From positions 93,014 through 157,013 of the forward strand of contig CALXLL010000001.1 of the NCBI GenBank assembly GCA_944389185.1: a stretch of DNA of 64,000 nt. Direction: 5' to 3'. Of this stretch, positions 38,140-47,356 are shown piece after piece. Source of the DNA: an uncultured Alphaproteobacteria bacterium (GTDB lineage: Bacteria; Pseudomonadota; Alphaproteobacteria; Rs-D84). A program made the translations under genes and the position numbers. The notes under the pieces are model-generated. The model saw only the letters and a list, made by a program, of their open reading frames with translations. It was not told where the DNA came from and did no database searches. How positions within the stretch are numbered: position 1 is the stretch's first letter; each line of letters begins with the position of its first letter.

Positions 38140-39861
38140 ATGAAGAAGAATAGCGCGATATTTCTGGGGATAACGGGTTTATTAGTTTTTGCAGATAGTA
38201 TGTCTTATGCTGCAACTAAAAAAATAGCTTCTCAGTCATATGTTGATAGTAGAGAATCAGAGATATTAAATGAAGTACAAAACACTTATGAAACAAAAGA
38301 AAATGTTAGTGCTATAAGTCAGAAGATTACAGACTTAGGAAATCAAATATCTGATCCTACTGATGGTTTGTCCGCTAAAATAGATAAGGTGGCTGGTGAT
38401 TTATCAACAACGCAAGGAACCGTTGCCACAATAAGCGGCGATTTAGAAAATAAAGAAGACGTTGGAAACAAAGCGACGAGTATTACTGTTGAGAATCAGG
38501 CATCACCTACGGCTTATCCTTCTGTAAGTGCAATAGTTCAATGGACGAACGATAAAATATTAGAATTATCGGAAGAAGGTTTACCTGTAAGCCCTGACAA
38601 TATCGGTGCAGGTTCTATTACAGAAGATAAATTAGATGCGGCGGTTGTAAATAAAATAGACGGCAAAGAAGATAAGACTAATAAAGTTATCACGCTTCGT
38701 GATTCTGCCGTGGCAACTGATACGGCGTATCCGTCAGAGAAAGCAGTTGCAACTGCTTTGGAAGGTAAGGCAGATATTGCAGATTTAGATTCTTATGCGA
38801 CCACAGATTCTTTGGCTACGGTTGCAACGACCGGTTCTTATAATGATTTAATTGATGCACCAGATATACCAGAAGCAGTCGTTGTTGATGAAGCAATTAC
38901 AGCACAAGGAACGAACCCCGTTCAAGGTAAAGCTGTATATGAAGCTTTGGCGGGTAAACAACCGGTTGGTGATTATGCAACAAACACAGAATTAAGTGAT
39001 GTTAGTTCTACTGCAGAATCTGCGCAAAGTGACGCTACTTCGGCATTGAGTGCAGCGGCAGAAGCAAAGACTTTGGCCGGCACCAAAGTTACTGCAAATG
39101 AAGATATAGTCGCAGGCACTGGAACAAAAATAACTTATGATGCGAAAGGTTTGGTAACAGGTAGCGCAAATCTTGAAGTTGCGGATTTACCTGATGCTAT
39201 ACCGACAAGCAAGATAACCGGTTTAGCCGATGTCGCAACAAGTGGTTCTTATAATGATTTAGCAGATACCCCTGTTATACCAGACGCAGTCGTTGTTGAC
39301 GAGACAATTACAGCGCAAGGAACGAACCCTGTTCAAGGTAAAGCTGTATATGAAGCTTTGGCGGGTAAGCAGGCTGTTGGTGATTATGCAACAACTGATG
39401 AATTGTCTGCATATGCGACTACTGAAGACATTGCAAAAATGGAAAATGTCGATAATAAGGCTGCTTCTATTACATCTGAAAATCAGTCTTCGGTTACAGC
39501 TTATCCTTCTGTTGGTGCAATAGTTCAATGGACGAACGATAAAATATCAGAACTATCAGAAGAAGGTCTGCCCGTAAGTCCAGACAATATCGGTGCGGGT
39601 TCTATTACAGAAGATAAATTGGATGTGGCGGTTGTAAATAAAATAGATTCTAAGGAAGACAAAACAAATAAAGTTTCACAAATTGACGATACTAACAAAA
39701 CAGACGAGACGAAATATGTCAGCGTCAAAGCTGTTGCGGACTACGTTATACCAAAGCCTAGCAAAGATTGCACTGCTCAATCTGGGTTATGTGTTCTTTC
39801 TGCTACGACCGATGGTGGTTTTGCTTGGGTGAATGTTACTGCCCCGGCTGGTGAAAATTAA
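38140..39861 (+). CDS. secreted phage-tail-fibre-repeat protein, paralog 2 of 4
   Basis: Signal peptide; TKKIASQSYVD; repeats AYPSEKAVATALEGKAD, ATTGSYNDLIDAPDIP and NPVQGKAVYEALAGKQ; two internal cassette duplications; C-terminal two-Cys module. Confidence 0.65.
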   Translation: MKKNSAIFLGITGLLVFADSMSYAATKKIASQSYVDSRESEILNEVQNTYETKENVSAISQKITDLGNQISDPTDGLSAKIDKVAGDLSTTQGTVATISGDLENKEDVGNKATSITVENQASPTAYPSVSAIVQWTNDKILELSEEGLPVSPDNIGAGSITEDKLDAAVVNKIDGKEDKTNKVITLRDSAVATDTAYPSEKAVATALEGKADIADLDSYATTDSLATVATTGSYNDLIDAPDIPEAVVVDEAITAQGTNPVQGKAVYEALAGKQPVGDYATNTELSDVSSTAESAQSDATSALSAAAEAKTLAGTKVTANEDIVAGTGTKITYDAKGLVTGSANLEVADLPDAIPTSKITGLADVATSGSYNDLADTPVIPDAVVVDETITAQGTNPVQGKAVYEALAGKQAVGDYATTDELSAYATTEDIAKMENVDNKAASITSENQSSVTAYPSVGAIVQWTNDKISELSEEGLPVSPDNIGAGSITEDKLDVAVVNKIDSKEDKTNKVSQIDDTNKTDETKYVSVKAVADYVIPKPSKDCTAQSGLCVLSATTDGGFAWVNVTAPAGEN

Positions 39862-39892
39862 AACAAACAACAAACTAAATAAAGGAAAAAAA

Positions 39893-41071
39893 ATGAAAAA
39901 ATTAACCGCAACAATTTTTGTGGCTTTATTAACGGCTGTATCTACTGGTGCTGCAAAGGCAGATATCGCTTCCAGTGGATATGTTGATGAAAAAGTTGGT
40001 GCTGTGTCGGCTACTGTAGCTACTAAGGCTGATCAATCAGATGTTGATACTTTAAGCGCAAGTGTTGAAACTAACACAGAAGATATTACAGCTTTGGAAG
40101 GACAAGTTGCTTTGAAAGCAAATTCTGCTGATGTTTATACAAAAACAGCTGCTGATGGTAAGTTCCAAACATTAGAGAATATATCTGATTCTGCAAATGC
40201 TGTTGTTACAGATAAAGATAGTGAAGTTAAATATCCTTCTGTAAAAGCTGCCCATGCAATCGCAACAGCAGCAGTTGATGGCGTAACTGGCAATGTGTCT
40301 GGTTTGACAACTCGTGTAGAGACAATAGAAGATGAAATGGATACTTATGGAAATATAGTCACAACTAATAAAGAATCCTATGCAACAGCTGCACAAGGTG
40401 CTTTGGCAGACACAGCTTTGCAAAAAGAAGGTGCTTTAACACAAGGTAATTTATTAACAACTGATGCTGCCGGTAAAATTATAGATGCTGGTGCAAAGGG
40501 GGCTTTGGCAAATAAAAATACAGTTTCCGCAGCTGATATAGATGCAAATGCTGTTACAACAGAAAAAATCTTAAATGCGAACGTTACAAGAGCTAAATTG
40601 GCGACAGATGTAACAACATCTTTGGATAAAGCTGATACTGCATTGCAAGAGGCAAGTTTGGAAGGCTATGTGACAAAAGAACAGGCAGATTCAGACTATG
40701 CACCCAAAGCAACTGAAACAAAGGCTCAACAAGCTTTAACGGATATTGGCACAAAGGCTAATTTGACAACAGAGAAAAAAGATAACTTAGTAAATGCAAT
40801 TAACGAAGTTGATGCTGCATTGGATACAAAAGCCGATAGCAGTGCTGTTGCAGATATGTTGACTAAGACAGAAGCGTCTAGCACATATGAAACGAAAACG
40901 AATGCGCAAGCAACATATGAAACGAAAACGAATGCGCAAGCAACATATATACCAAAACCAGGTGTTAACTGCACAGAAGCTGGGGCAAAGTGCGTGTTGG
41001 TAACAAATGGAACAGACTTTACTTGGGAAGATATCGCAAGAGGAACATCTGAAGCAGGTGCTGAACAATAA
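39893..41071 (+). CDS. secreted phage-tail-fibre-repeat protein, paralog 3 of 4
   Basis: Start at MKKLTATIF preceded by aaaggaaaaaaaa (the ORF-track start at 39833 overlaps the previous gene); ADIASSGYVD; 30-bp tandem repeat; C-terminal IPKPGVNCTEAGAKCVL module. Confidence 0.65.
   Translation: MKKLTATIFVALLTAVSTGAAKADIASSGYVDEKVGAVSATVATKADQSDVDTLSASVETNTEDITALEGQVALKANSADVYTKTAADGKFQTLENISDSANAVVTDKDSEVKYPSVKAAHAIATAAVDGVTGNVSGLTTRVETIEDEMDTYGNIVTTNKESYATAAQGALADTALQKEGALTQGNLLTTDAAGKIIDAGAKGALANKNTVSAADIDANAVTTEKILNANVTRAKLATDVTTSLDKADTALQEASLEGYVTKEQADSDYAPKATETKAQQALTDIGTKANLTTEKKDNLVNAINEVDAALDTKADSSAVADMLTKTEASSTYETKTNAQATYETKTNAQATYIPKPGVNCTEAGAKCVLVTNGTDFTWEDIARGTSEAGAEQ
40883..40948 (+). 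repeat. perfect 30-bp tandem repeat (2 copies plus a 6-nt partial) inside paralog 3, encoding TYETKTNAQA x2
   Basis: acatatgaaacgaaaacgaatgcgcaagca occurs twice back to back, then acatat. Confidence 0.85.
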
Positions 41072-41080
41072 AGCCTTGTA

Positions 41081-41115
41081 ATACATCAGGAATCTGTTCT
41101 TGATTCCTGATGTAT
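41081..41115. other. perfect 14-bp-stem hairpin after paralog 3, followed by an A-run rather than a T-run
   Basis: atacatcaggaatc-tgttctt-gattcctgatgtat then aaaaaaag. Confidence 0.5.
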
Positions 41116-41181
41116 AAAAAAAGTTAAAATAAAGATGATAATAAAAAGATAGATAGTTAATTGTAGGACTTTATAGCGGAA

Positions 41182-42441
41182 ATGATAAAACGAAAGGTTG
41201 CTTTTTTCTCTGTTGGTGTTTTAAGCTTGATGATTCCTTGGTATAGTGCAACAGCTGATATTGCTTCAAAAAGTTATGTGGATCAAGAGGTAGGAAAAAA
41301 GCTAACTGCTGTCACAAGTAATACAACAGGCAGCGGTAATGTAGTGTCTGCCGTAAGTGCAACAGGCGGAACAATTACTGCAACAAAGGGTATTACCGCA
41401 GAAGAGGTTTCTAATAAAGTTAATACAATTCGTGATTCTGCTGCTGCTACTGATATTGCGTATCCATCTGAAAAGGCGGTTGCAACGGCTTTGGAAGGCA
41501 AAGCTGACAGTGCAGATTTGTCGGATTTAGCAACAAAAGCAGAATTAGAAAATTATGCAACTACAGAATCTTTGGCAACAGTCGCAACTACTGGTTCTTA
41601 TAACGATTTATCTGATAAGCCCGTTATACCGGAAGGCGTTGTTGTTGATGAAGTGATTACTGCAGAAGGAGTAAATCCAGTTCAAGGAAAAGCAGTATAT
41701 GAAGCTTTGGCTGGTAAGCAACCTGTGGGTGATTATGCTACAAATACAGCTTTAAGCTCTGTCCAGGCTACGGCGGAATCGGCACAGGATGATGCAACTG
41801 ATGCAATGCAAGCAGTGGATGGCAAAGTTTCAAAATCTCAAGGAACAGGAGCCGCAAATAAAGCTTTAGTTACAGATGCTTCTGGAAACGTGACTGCTGG
41901 AACGATTTCGTCTGCTATGATTACAGATGGAACGATAACAAATGCTGATATTTCAAGCTCTGCGGCAATTGATCAATCTAAAATATCAGGGTTAACAACT
42001 GCTTTGGCCGGGAAAGCCAATACCGAAGATTTAGCAGAAGTTGCAACAACCGGTTCGTATAACGATTTGACAGATAAACCTTCAATACCTGCTGCAATAA
42101 CGGTTGATACTGCTTTAAGTTCTACCAGCATAAATCCCGTTCAAAATAAAGTGATAAATACTGCTTTGGCCGGGAAGTTATCCACAACTGGGACCGCGGC
42201 AAAAGCAACAGCAGATGCAAACGGTAATAGTATAGTTGATACTTATGCTACTAAAACTCAATTATCAAGTTATGTTACTACTACTACTTTGAACGGTTTG
42301 GACAGCACAAGTTCCGGAACAGGCGCTGTCGTTACAGGGGTAAGTCAGACAAACGGTAAGGTGGCTGTAACTAAGGGTAACGTAAAAATACCGGTAGGAT
42401 CTGAAAGTGCTACTACTTATGCTACAATATGGATAGAATAA
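41182..42441 (+). CDS. secreted phage-tail-fibre-repeat protein, paralog 4 of 4
   Basis: Signal peptide; ADIASKSYVD; shares the ~190-bp ATTGSYNDL...NPVQGKAVYEALAGKQPVGDYATN cassette with paralog 2. Confidence 0.65.
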   Translation: MIKRKVAFFSVGVLSLMIPWYSATADIASKSYVDQEVGKKLTAVTSNTTGSGNVVSAVSATGGTITATKGITAEEVSNKVNTIRDSAAATDIAYPSEKAVATALEGKADSADLSDLATKAELENYATTESLATVATTGSYNDLSDKPVIPEGVVVDEVITAEGVNPVQGKAVYEALAGKQPVGDYATNTALSSVQATAESAQDDATDAMQAVDGKVSKSQGTGAANKALVTDASGNVTAGTISSAMITDGTITNADISSSAAIDQSKISGLTTALAGKANTEDLAEVATTGSYNDLTDKPSIPAAITVDTALSSTSINPVQNKVINTALAGKLSTTGTAAKATADANGNSIVDTYATKTQLSSYVTTTTLNGLDSTSSGTGAVVTGVSQTNGKVAVTKGNVKIPVGSESATTYATIWIE

Positions 42442-42460
42442 TCAAAATAATATAAACAAA

Positions 42461-42490
42461 AAGACGCCTTTTCAGCGTCTCTTTTTTTTT
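42461..42490. terminator. bidirectional rho-independent terminator (array end / dedA convergent)
   Basis: agacgc-cttttca-gcgtct hairpin plus a 9-nt T-run; an A-run precedes it. Confidence 0.5.
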
Positions 42491-42506
42491 ATAATTGTTA
42501 TTTACG

Positions 42507-43082
42507 TTATAATAATGTCATTAAACCTATACCAAGAGCCGCCGCTAATATTGCAATTAATGTTAATGGCCAAAAGTATTTTTTTACTATTGCATTTGCA
42601 CGTTCTTGGAAAAAGTATAGCAATGTAGCAATTGTTGCAAATCTTCCTGTTCTGAATATTGCAGATACCGCCAGAAATATCCATATTGGATAACCGATGA
42701 AACCAAGCCATATCGCAAGCAATTTATAAGGTATTGGCGTTACTGCTGTTAAAACGATTATCATAATCCCATATTTTGTAAACATAGGTTTTATAGTTGA
42801 TTCTATTAATTCTGGATTAGAAAATGTGTTAATCAGCCATATTCCAACCGAATCCCATAACCATGCACCTATCATATAAGCAATTGCACCGCCGACTATT
42901 GAACCAAGCGATGTAGCTATGGTAATTGGAACAGCTCTTTTTTTATCTGCTATTATCGGAGGTGTCATAAACACTTCTGGTGGAATGAATAAAAATATAG
43001 ATTCAAATATGGTTAGTATGAAAACTATCCACGAATAAGCCGGGTGTTCAGATTTCTTTAGTATATATTCTGCAAATTTCAT
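42507..43082 (-). CDS. DedA/SNARE-associated family membrane protein
   Basis: 191 aa polytopic membrane protein with a DedA-like pattern (FIPPEVFMTPP...GAIAYMIGAWL). Confidence 0.5.
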   Translation of the reverse strand: MKFAEYILKKSEHPAYSWIVFILTIFESIFLFIPPEVFMTPPIIADKKRAVPITIATSLGSIVGGAIAYMIGAWLWDSVGIWLINTFSNPELIESTIKPMFTKYGIMIIVLTAVTPIPYKLLAIWLGFIGYPIWIFLAVSAIFRTGRFATIATLLYFFQERANAIVKKYFWPLTLIAILAAALGIGLMTLL

Positions 43083-43165
43083 ATTTTCTCCTTGCCGATA
43101 AAACTATTTGATTGTAATTTAATCTTTGCTGTTTTACAATCAATATTATTTAAAGAAAATACGAT

Positions 43166-43519
43166 ATGAAAAGACAAAGTAATAATTCAAATAGAGAAGA
43201 ACGTATCGCTAGTAAAGTCCAAACTTTAGTAGCCGAGATTCTTCGTGATGACTTTTCTGATGATAAAATTATTTCTGGGGTGTCTTTAACCGGTTCTGTC
43301 GCGCATGGTGGTTTGCAATTTGTTCGTCTTTTTTATTATTCCAGAGAAAAAGATATAAAACTTGTTCAAAAACGTCTTGAAGAAATTACGAAAACAGTGC
43401 GCTTTGAATTAGCAGCCCGCATGAATCAAAAATATGTTCCTGATATAAGATTTCAATATGACGATTCGTTGGATAAGGCTGATAGAATAGAAGAATTATT
43501 GAAAAATATATCCGATTAA
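43166..43519 (+). CDS. rbfA: ribosome-binding factor A
   Basis: 117 aa; REERIASKVQTLVAEILRDDFSDDKI...VSLTGSV is the RbfA KH-like fold signature. Confidence 0.8.
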   Translation: MKRQSNNSNREERIASKVQTLVAEILRDDFSDDKIISGVSLTGSVAHGGLQFVRLFYYSREKDIKLVQKRLEEITKTVRFELAARMNQKYVPDIRFQYDDSLDKADRIEELLKNISD

Positions 43520-43580
43520 AAATAAGCTTGATAGTTGCTTTATACTGGTGTATCATTGCCGCATAGTATAGAGCCTTTTT

Positions 43581-45374
43581 ATGAATCAAAAGAATATTAG
43601 AAACTTTGCTATTGTTGCTCATATTGACCATGGTAAGTCAACTTTATCTGACAGGTTGATTGAATTTACTGGTGGTTTACAGTCGCGTGAAATGAAAGCT
43701 CAGGTCTTAGATTCTATGGATATAGAGCGTGAGCGCGGTATTACTATTAAAGCTCAGACCGTTCGTTTGAATTATAAAGCCAAAGACGGGCAAGAATATC
43801 AGCTGAATTTAATGGATACACCTGGCCACGTTGATTTTTCTTACGAGGTTTCTAGAAGTCTTGCTGCGTGTGAAGGTGCTTTAATTCTTGTGGATGCTAC
43901 GCAAGGCGTGCAAGCGCAAACTTTGGCAAATGCTTATCTTGCTTTGGATAACGATTTGGAAATGCTGCCTGTTTTAAATAAGATAGATTTACCTTCAAGC
44001 GATGTAGAAGCAGCTAAAGAACAAATCGCAGACGTAATAGGTTTAGATGCAAAAGACGCGGTTTGTGTTTCTGGTAAGACGGGTCAAGGTGTGCCAGATT
44101 TGCTGGAAGAAATAGTGCATAAATTACCCGCACCAAGCGGAGATGAAAATGCTTCAAGTCGTGCTTTGTTGGTTGATTCTTGGTATGATTCTTATCTGGG
44201 CGTTGTTATCTTGGTGCGCGTAGTTGACGGTAGTTTAAAGCGCGGACAAAAAATTAAGTTTTTAGCAACTGGTGCAGAATACTCTATTGAAAAAATTGGG
44301 TATTTTACTCCGAAAATGGTAGATGTCGATTCGTTGAATACAGGTGAAATTGGATTTATTGTAACGGGTATGAAAACCATACACGATTGCAAGGTCGGTG
44401 ATACAATAGCTGATGCAAAAGCAGAAAATGTTGAAGCTTTACCTGGTTTTAAGCCATCTGTTCCCGTAGTTTTTTCTTCTTTCTTTCCAGTTGAAGCAGA
44501 TGATTATCCTAATTTGCGCGAAAGTGCAGAAAAGCTGGCTTTAAATGATGCTTCGTTTATGTTTACTACGGAAAAATCTTCTGCGCTGGGGTTCGGATTG
44601 CGTTGTGGTTTCTTGGGATTGTTGCATATGGAAATCATAAGTGAAAGATTGGCACGTGAGTTTAACTTGAATCTTATAAATACCGTTCCAAGCGTGCTTT
44701 ATAAAGTTCATCTTAGAAACGGTGATGTAATCGATTTGGAAAATCCTGCCGATATGCCAGACGTAACTAAGATTGAATCAATAGAAGAACCATGGGTCAG
44801 GGCAACTATTATGATGCCAGATAAATACATGGGTGGGATTTTGTCTTTGTGCTCTGAAAGACGTGGCGTGCAAGAAAATATTTCTTATGTTGGGAATAGG
44901 GCGGTTTTGACTTACTTGTTGCCTTTGGCGGAAATAGTTTTTGATTTTTATGATAGAGTAAAATCTTTATCTTCTGGATACGCGTCTTTCGATTATGTTT
45001 TGCATGGTTATCAGCCTTCTGATTTGGTTAAAGTTTCTATACTTGTTAACGAAGAAAATGTAGAGCCTTTATCGTTTATGTGTCATAGAAGCTTTGCAGA
45101 AAAAAGAGGAAGACAAATCGTAGAAAAGTTAAAAGATTTGATACCAAGGCATCAATTTAAGATTCCTTTGCAGGCGGCAATCGGTGGAAAAATAATTGCC
45201 AGAGAAACTATTGCTGCTTATCGTAAAGACGTTACTGCTAAATGTTATGGCGGTGATATAACAAGAAAAAGAAAATTGCTGGAGAAGCAGAAGGAGGGAA
45301 AAAAACGTATGCGCAGTTTCGGTAATGTAGAAATACCACAATCTGCATTTATAAATGCGCTGAAAGTGTCTTAA
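43581..45374 (+). CDS. lepA: elongation factor 4 (LepA)
   Basis: GTPase motifs [14 protein letters not shown] and NKID; C-terminal LepA-specific domain; 597 aa. Confidence 0.9.
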   Translation: MNQKNIRNFAIVAHIDHGKSTLSDRLIEFTGGLQSREMKAQVLDSMDIERERGITIKAQTVRLNYKAKDGQEYQLNLMDTPGHVDFSYEVSRSLAACEGALILVDATQGVQAQTLANAYLALDNDLEMLPVLNKIDLPSSDVEAAKEQIADVIGLDAKDAVCVSGKTGQGVPDLLEEIVHKLPAPSGDENASSRALLVDSWYDSYLGVVILVRVVDGSLKRGQKIKFLATGAEYSIEKIGYFTPKMVDVDSLNTGEIGFIVTGMKTIHDCKVGDTIADAKAENVEALPGFKPSVPVVFSSFFPVEADDYPNLRESAEKLALNDASFMFTTEKSSALGFGLRCGFLGLLHMEIISERLAREFNLNLINTVPSVLYKVHLRNGDVIDLENPADMPDVTKIESIEEPWVRATIMMPDKYMGGILSLCSERRGVQENISYVGNRAVLTYLLPLAEIVFDFYDRVKSLSSGYASFDYVLHGYQPSDLVKVSILVNEENVEPLSFMCHRSFAEKRGRQIVEKLKDLIPRHQFKIPLQAAIGGKIIARETIAAYRKDVTAKCYGGDITRKRKLLEKQKEGKKRMRSFGNVEIPQSAFINALKVS

Positions 45375-45397
45375 ATACTTATTATAAAGGGTAAAAA

Positions 45398-45778
45398 ATG
45401 TCGCTGTTTAAATATTTAAAAAATAAAAAAATTAAAGATATAAAACAAGATATAAATCAGTATAGATTTTTGGGTTATATACAAAATGGTGCTAAAAAGG
45501 CCTATTTCGCAGCGTTAAAAAAAGTAGCTGTTGTATCTTTGAAAGATCCAGAAGATTATAAAATATGTATATTTGAAAGCGTCCCTTTGGTCGCAGAACC
45601 AGCAAATATTACTTATTGCAAAGATTTTGATCATAAAAATATGATTAATAATTGTAAAAATACTAATTGCCCGTGTTTTGAAGATAATCGTAATTTGTTT
45701 GATGCGGTCAGGTATTTAAAACACATTAAGGAAGTTAAACGCAATTTTTGGAAAGAAAAGTTAGCTTGTCAAAAATAA
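45398..45778 (+). CDS. small Cys-rich hypothetical protein (paralog A)
   Basis: 126 aa, starts MSLFKY, C-terminal C..C.C cluster; paralogous to the next ORF; RBS aaaggg. Confidence 0.4.
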   Translation: MSLFKYLKNKKIKDIKQDINQYRFLGYIQNGAKKAYFAALKKVAVVSLKDPEDYKICIFESVPLVAEPANITYCKDFDHKNMINNCKNTNCPCFEDNRNLFDAVRYLKHIKEVKRNFWKEKLACQK

Positions 45779-45790
45779 AGGTGTTAAGAA

Positions 45791-46204
45791 ATGTCTTTAT
45801 GGAAATATATAATATCAACGCCAAAACAAGCAATTTATGCTGATTATAAAAAATATAAAGATTTATGTAATGATATAAATAACGCAAAAATAAATTGTTT
45901 AAATCTTAAAATTAGTTTGGTTATAGACTTGGCATATGAAACAGATAAAGATCTGTTAAAAAAACAAAATGGTTGCATAATTATTAAATCTTTTGAAAAA
46001 CCAGATGCTGTGCAAAAACTTCCGGGAATAATAAGCGTTTTTAGTAATAATTGTGAATTTTTTAATGAAACTAGATGTTGCGATAAGGAAACGTGCTCGT
46101 TTTATAATAAAAATGCTGAATATTTTAAAGCTAAGAGAGCTTGTCGTGCGCTGGAAAAGCAAAAAAGAATATATTGGAAACAAAAGTTTGCTAATGCCAG
46201 GTAA
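45791..46204 (+). CDS. small Cys-rich hypothetical protein (paralog B)
   Basis: 137 aa, starts MSLWKY, CCDKETCSFYN cluster; shares the C-terminal K(R/Q).(F/Y)WK.K(L/F)A ending with paralog A. Confidence 0.4.
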   Translation: MSLWKYIISTPKQAIYADYKKYKDLCNDINNAKINCLNLKISLVIDLAYETDKDLLKKQNGCIIIKSFEKPDAVQKLPGIISVFSNNCEFFNETRCCDKETCSFYNKNAEYFKAKRACRALEKQKRIYWKQKFANAR

Positions 46205-46237
46205 TAACTTATAAATATATGAAAAGGGGGATATAGG

Positions 46238-47236
46238 ATGGCACATCAGTTTTATTTTAATCCTTATATTTTGGATAACCTTCCGGCCCCAAGTTCTGGC
46301 TTTGACGTAGTGCAAGATGTTTCAGAACCAAGACTTCGTATGTATATAACAAGTCGCGGTATTAAAAGCTTTTTTGTTCGTAAAAGAGTGCACGGTAAAG
46401 ATAAAAGAATAATTATAGGTAATTACCCAGAAATAGATATAGAAACCGCAAGAAGTGCAGTTCAAGATGTTTTAGATAAAGCTTTGCAAAAAGTTCCCGT
46501 TAATCGCCATAAAATATCATTTAAAAAAATAGTTGATATTTATATGTTAAAGCATGTAAGACGAACAGGGGGCGCAAAAGAAAAATTATATAGAGCTATT
46601 AATCTTCATTTGTTTAGTCTGTTTGATAAGACCCTTGTTGATATTACGACCGAAGACGTGAAAAGCGTTATAGATAAAATATCTGGACCTGTAATAGCAG
46701 GACGTATGCAAGAGCTTTTAAGAAGTATATTTAACTATGCTATAGAAACAGGGTATGCAAAAAATAACCCAGTTGATAATCTGCCAAAGCGAAAACATGA
46801 AATAAAAAAATCTCCACTAAATAAAAGCTTGTTCAATAGATTATTGCGATTAATAAAAAAGCAAGAATCTCAAAATATCCGTTCTGCTTTTTTGATGCTG
46901 ATTTATGGTTTCGCACCTAAGTCAAAAATATTTTCTATGCAATGGAAAGATTTGGATTTTAATCACTATACTTGGAATGATTTCCCTTTGTCCGATGCTG
47001 CGGTTGTGTTATTGCAAGATTTACCTCAGAATGGACGTTGGGTATTCCCTGGGCGTGGACGCGGACACTTAACAGACCCACGTATAGCGTGGCGCAAAAT
47101 AGTTGACACTATCGGGGTAAGTAATCTTACTATGGATGACTTATATAAATACTTGATGCGACAGTTAACCTGGACAGCAAATAAAGAAGATTTACGATTT
47201 AATATGAATGATTTACTGAATAATCTTATAGACTAA
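46238..47236 (+). CDS. P4-type tyrosine integrase remnant (arm-binding N-terminus intact, catalytic residues substituted, C-terminus truncated)
   Basis: N-terminus GFDVVQDVSEPRLRMYITSRGIKSFFVRKRVHGKDKRIIIGNYPEIDIETARSAV matches the DUF4102-type integrase arm domain. The catalytic-Arg box reads GFAPKSKIFSMQWKDLDF (R replaced by P), the HxLR box reads TMDDLYKYLMRQ, and at 332 aa the ORF ends before the catalytic Tyr. Confidence 0.45.
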   Translation: MAHQFYFNPYILDNLPAPSSGFDVVQDVSEPRLRMYITSRGIKSFFVRKRVHGKDKRIIIGNYPEIDIETARSAVQDVLDKALQKVPVNRHKISFKKIVDIYMLKHVRRTGGAKEKLYRAINLHLFSLFDKTLVDITTEDVKSVIDKISGPVIAGRMQELLRSIFNYAIETGYAKNNPVDNLPKRKHEIKKSPLNKSLFNRLLRLIKKQESQNIRSAFLMLIYGFAPKSKIFSMQWKDLDFNHYTWNDFPLSDAAVVLLQDLPQNGRWVFPGRGRGHLTDPRIAWRKIVDTIGVSNLTMDDLYKYLMRQLTWTANKEDLRFNMNDLLNNLID

Positions 47237-47356
47237 TCTAAAACCTCTTTTGTTATCGTTTGTTATAATTCCTTGACACTTTGGTTGTAAAATGATAGCT
47301 TTAAGTATGACGCCTTAATTATGGGCCACAAAATTAACCTAAATAAAGGATAAAAA

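Noticed and set aside
39833-39892. ORF-track start of paralog 3 at 39833, which would overlap paralog 2 by 29 nt
   Set aside because: The extension (MLLPRLVKIKTNNKLNKGKK) precedes a canonical signal peptide that begins at the ATG at 39893, which has an A/G-rich RBS. The internal start is preferred.
38473-41760. CRISPR array, considered because of the regularly recurring repeats
   Set aside because: The repeats are 190-215 bp (and one 30-bp unit), lie in-frame inside protein-coding genes, and lack short unique spacers. No cas genes are present.
36446-42441. Prophage hypothesis for the tail-fibre-repeat array
   Set aside because: No terminase, portal, capsid, tail-tube, baseplate, lysis or integrase genes occur within 10 kb on either side. 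All four proteins also have Sec signal peptides, which phage tail fibres lack. They are treated as host surface proteins derived from tail-fibre modules.
47237-47356. Possible sigma70 promoter (TTGACA at 47274) for acpP
   Set aside because: No acceptable -10 hexamer at 16-19 nt spacing; not reported as a feature.
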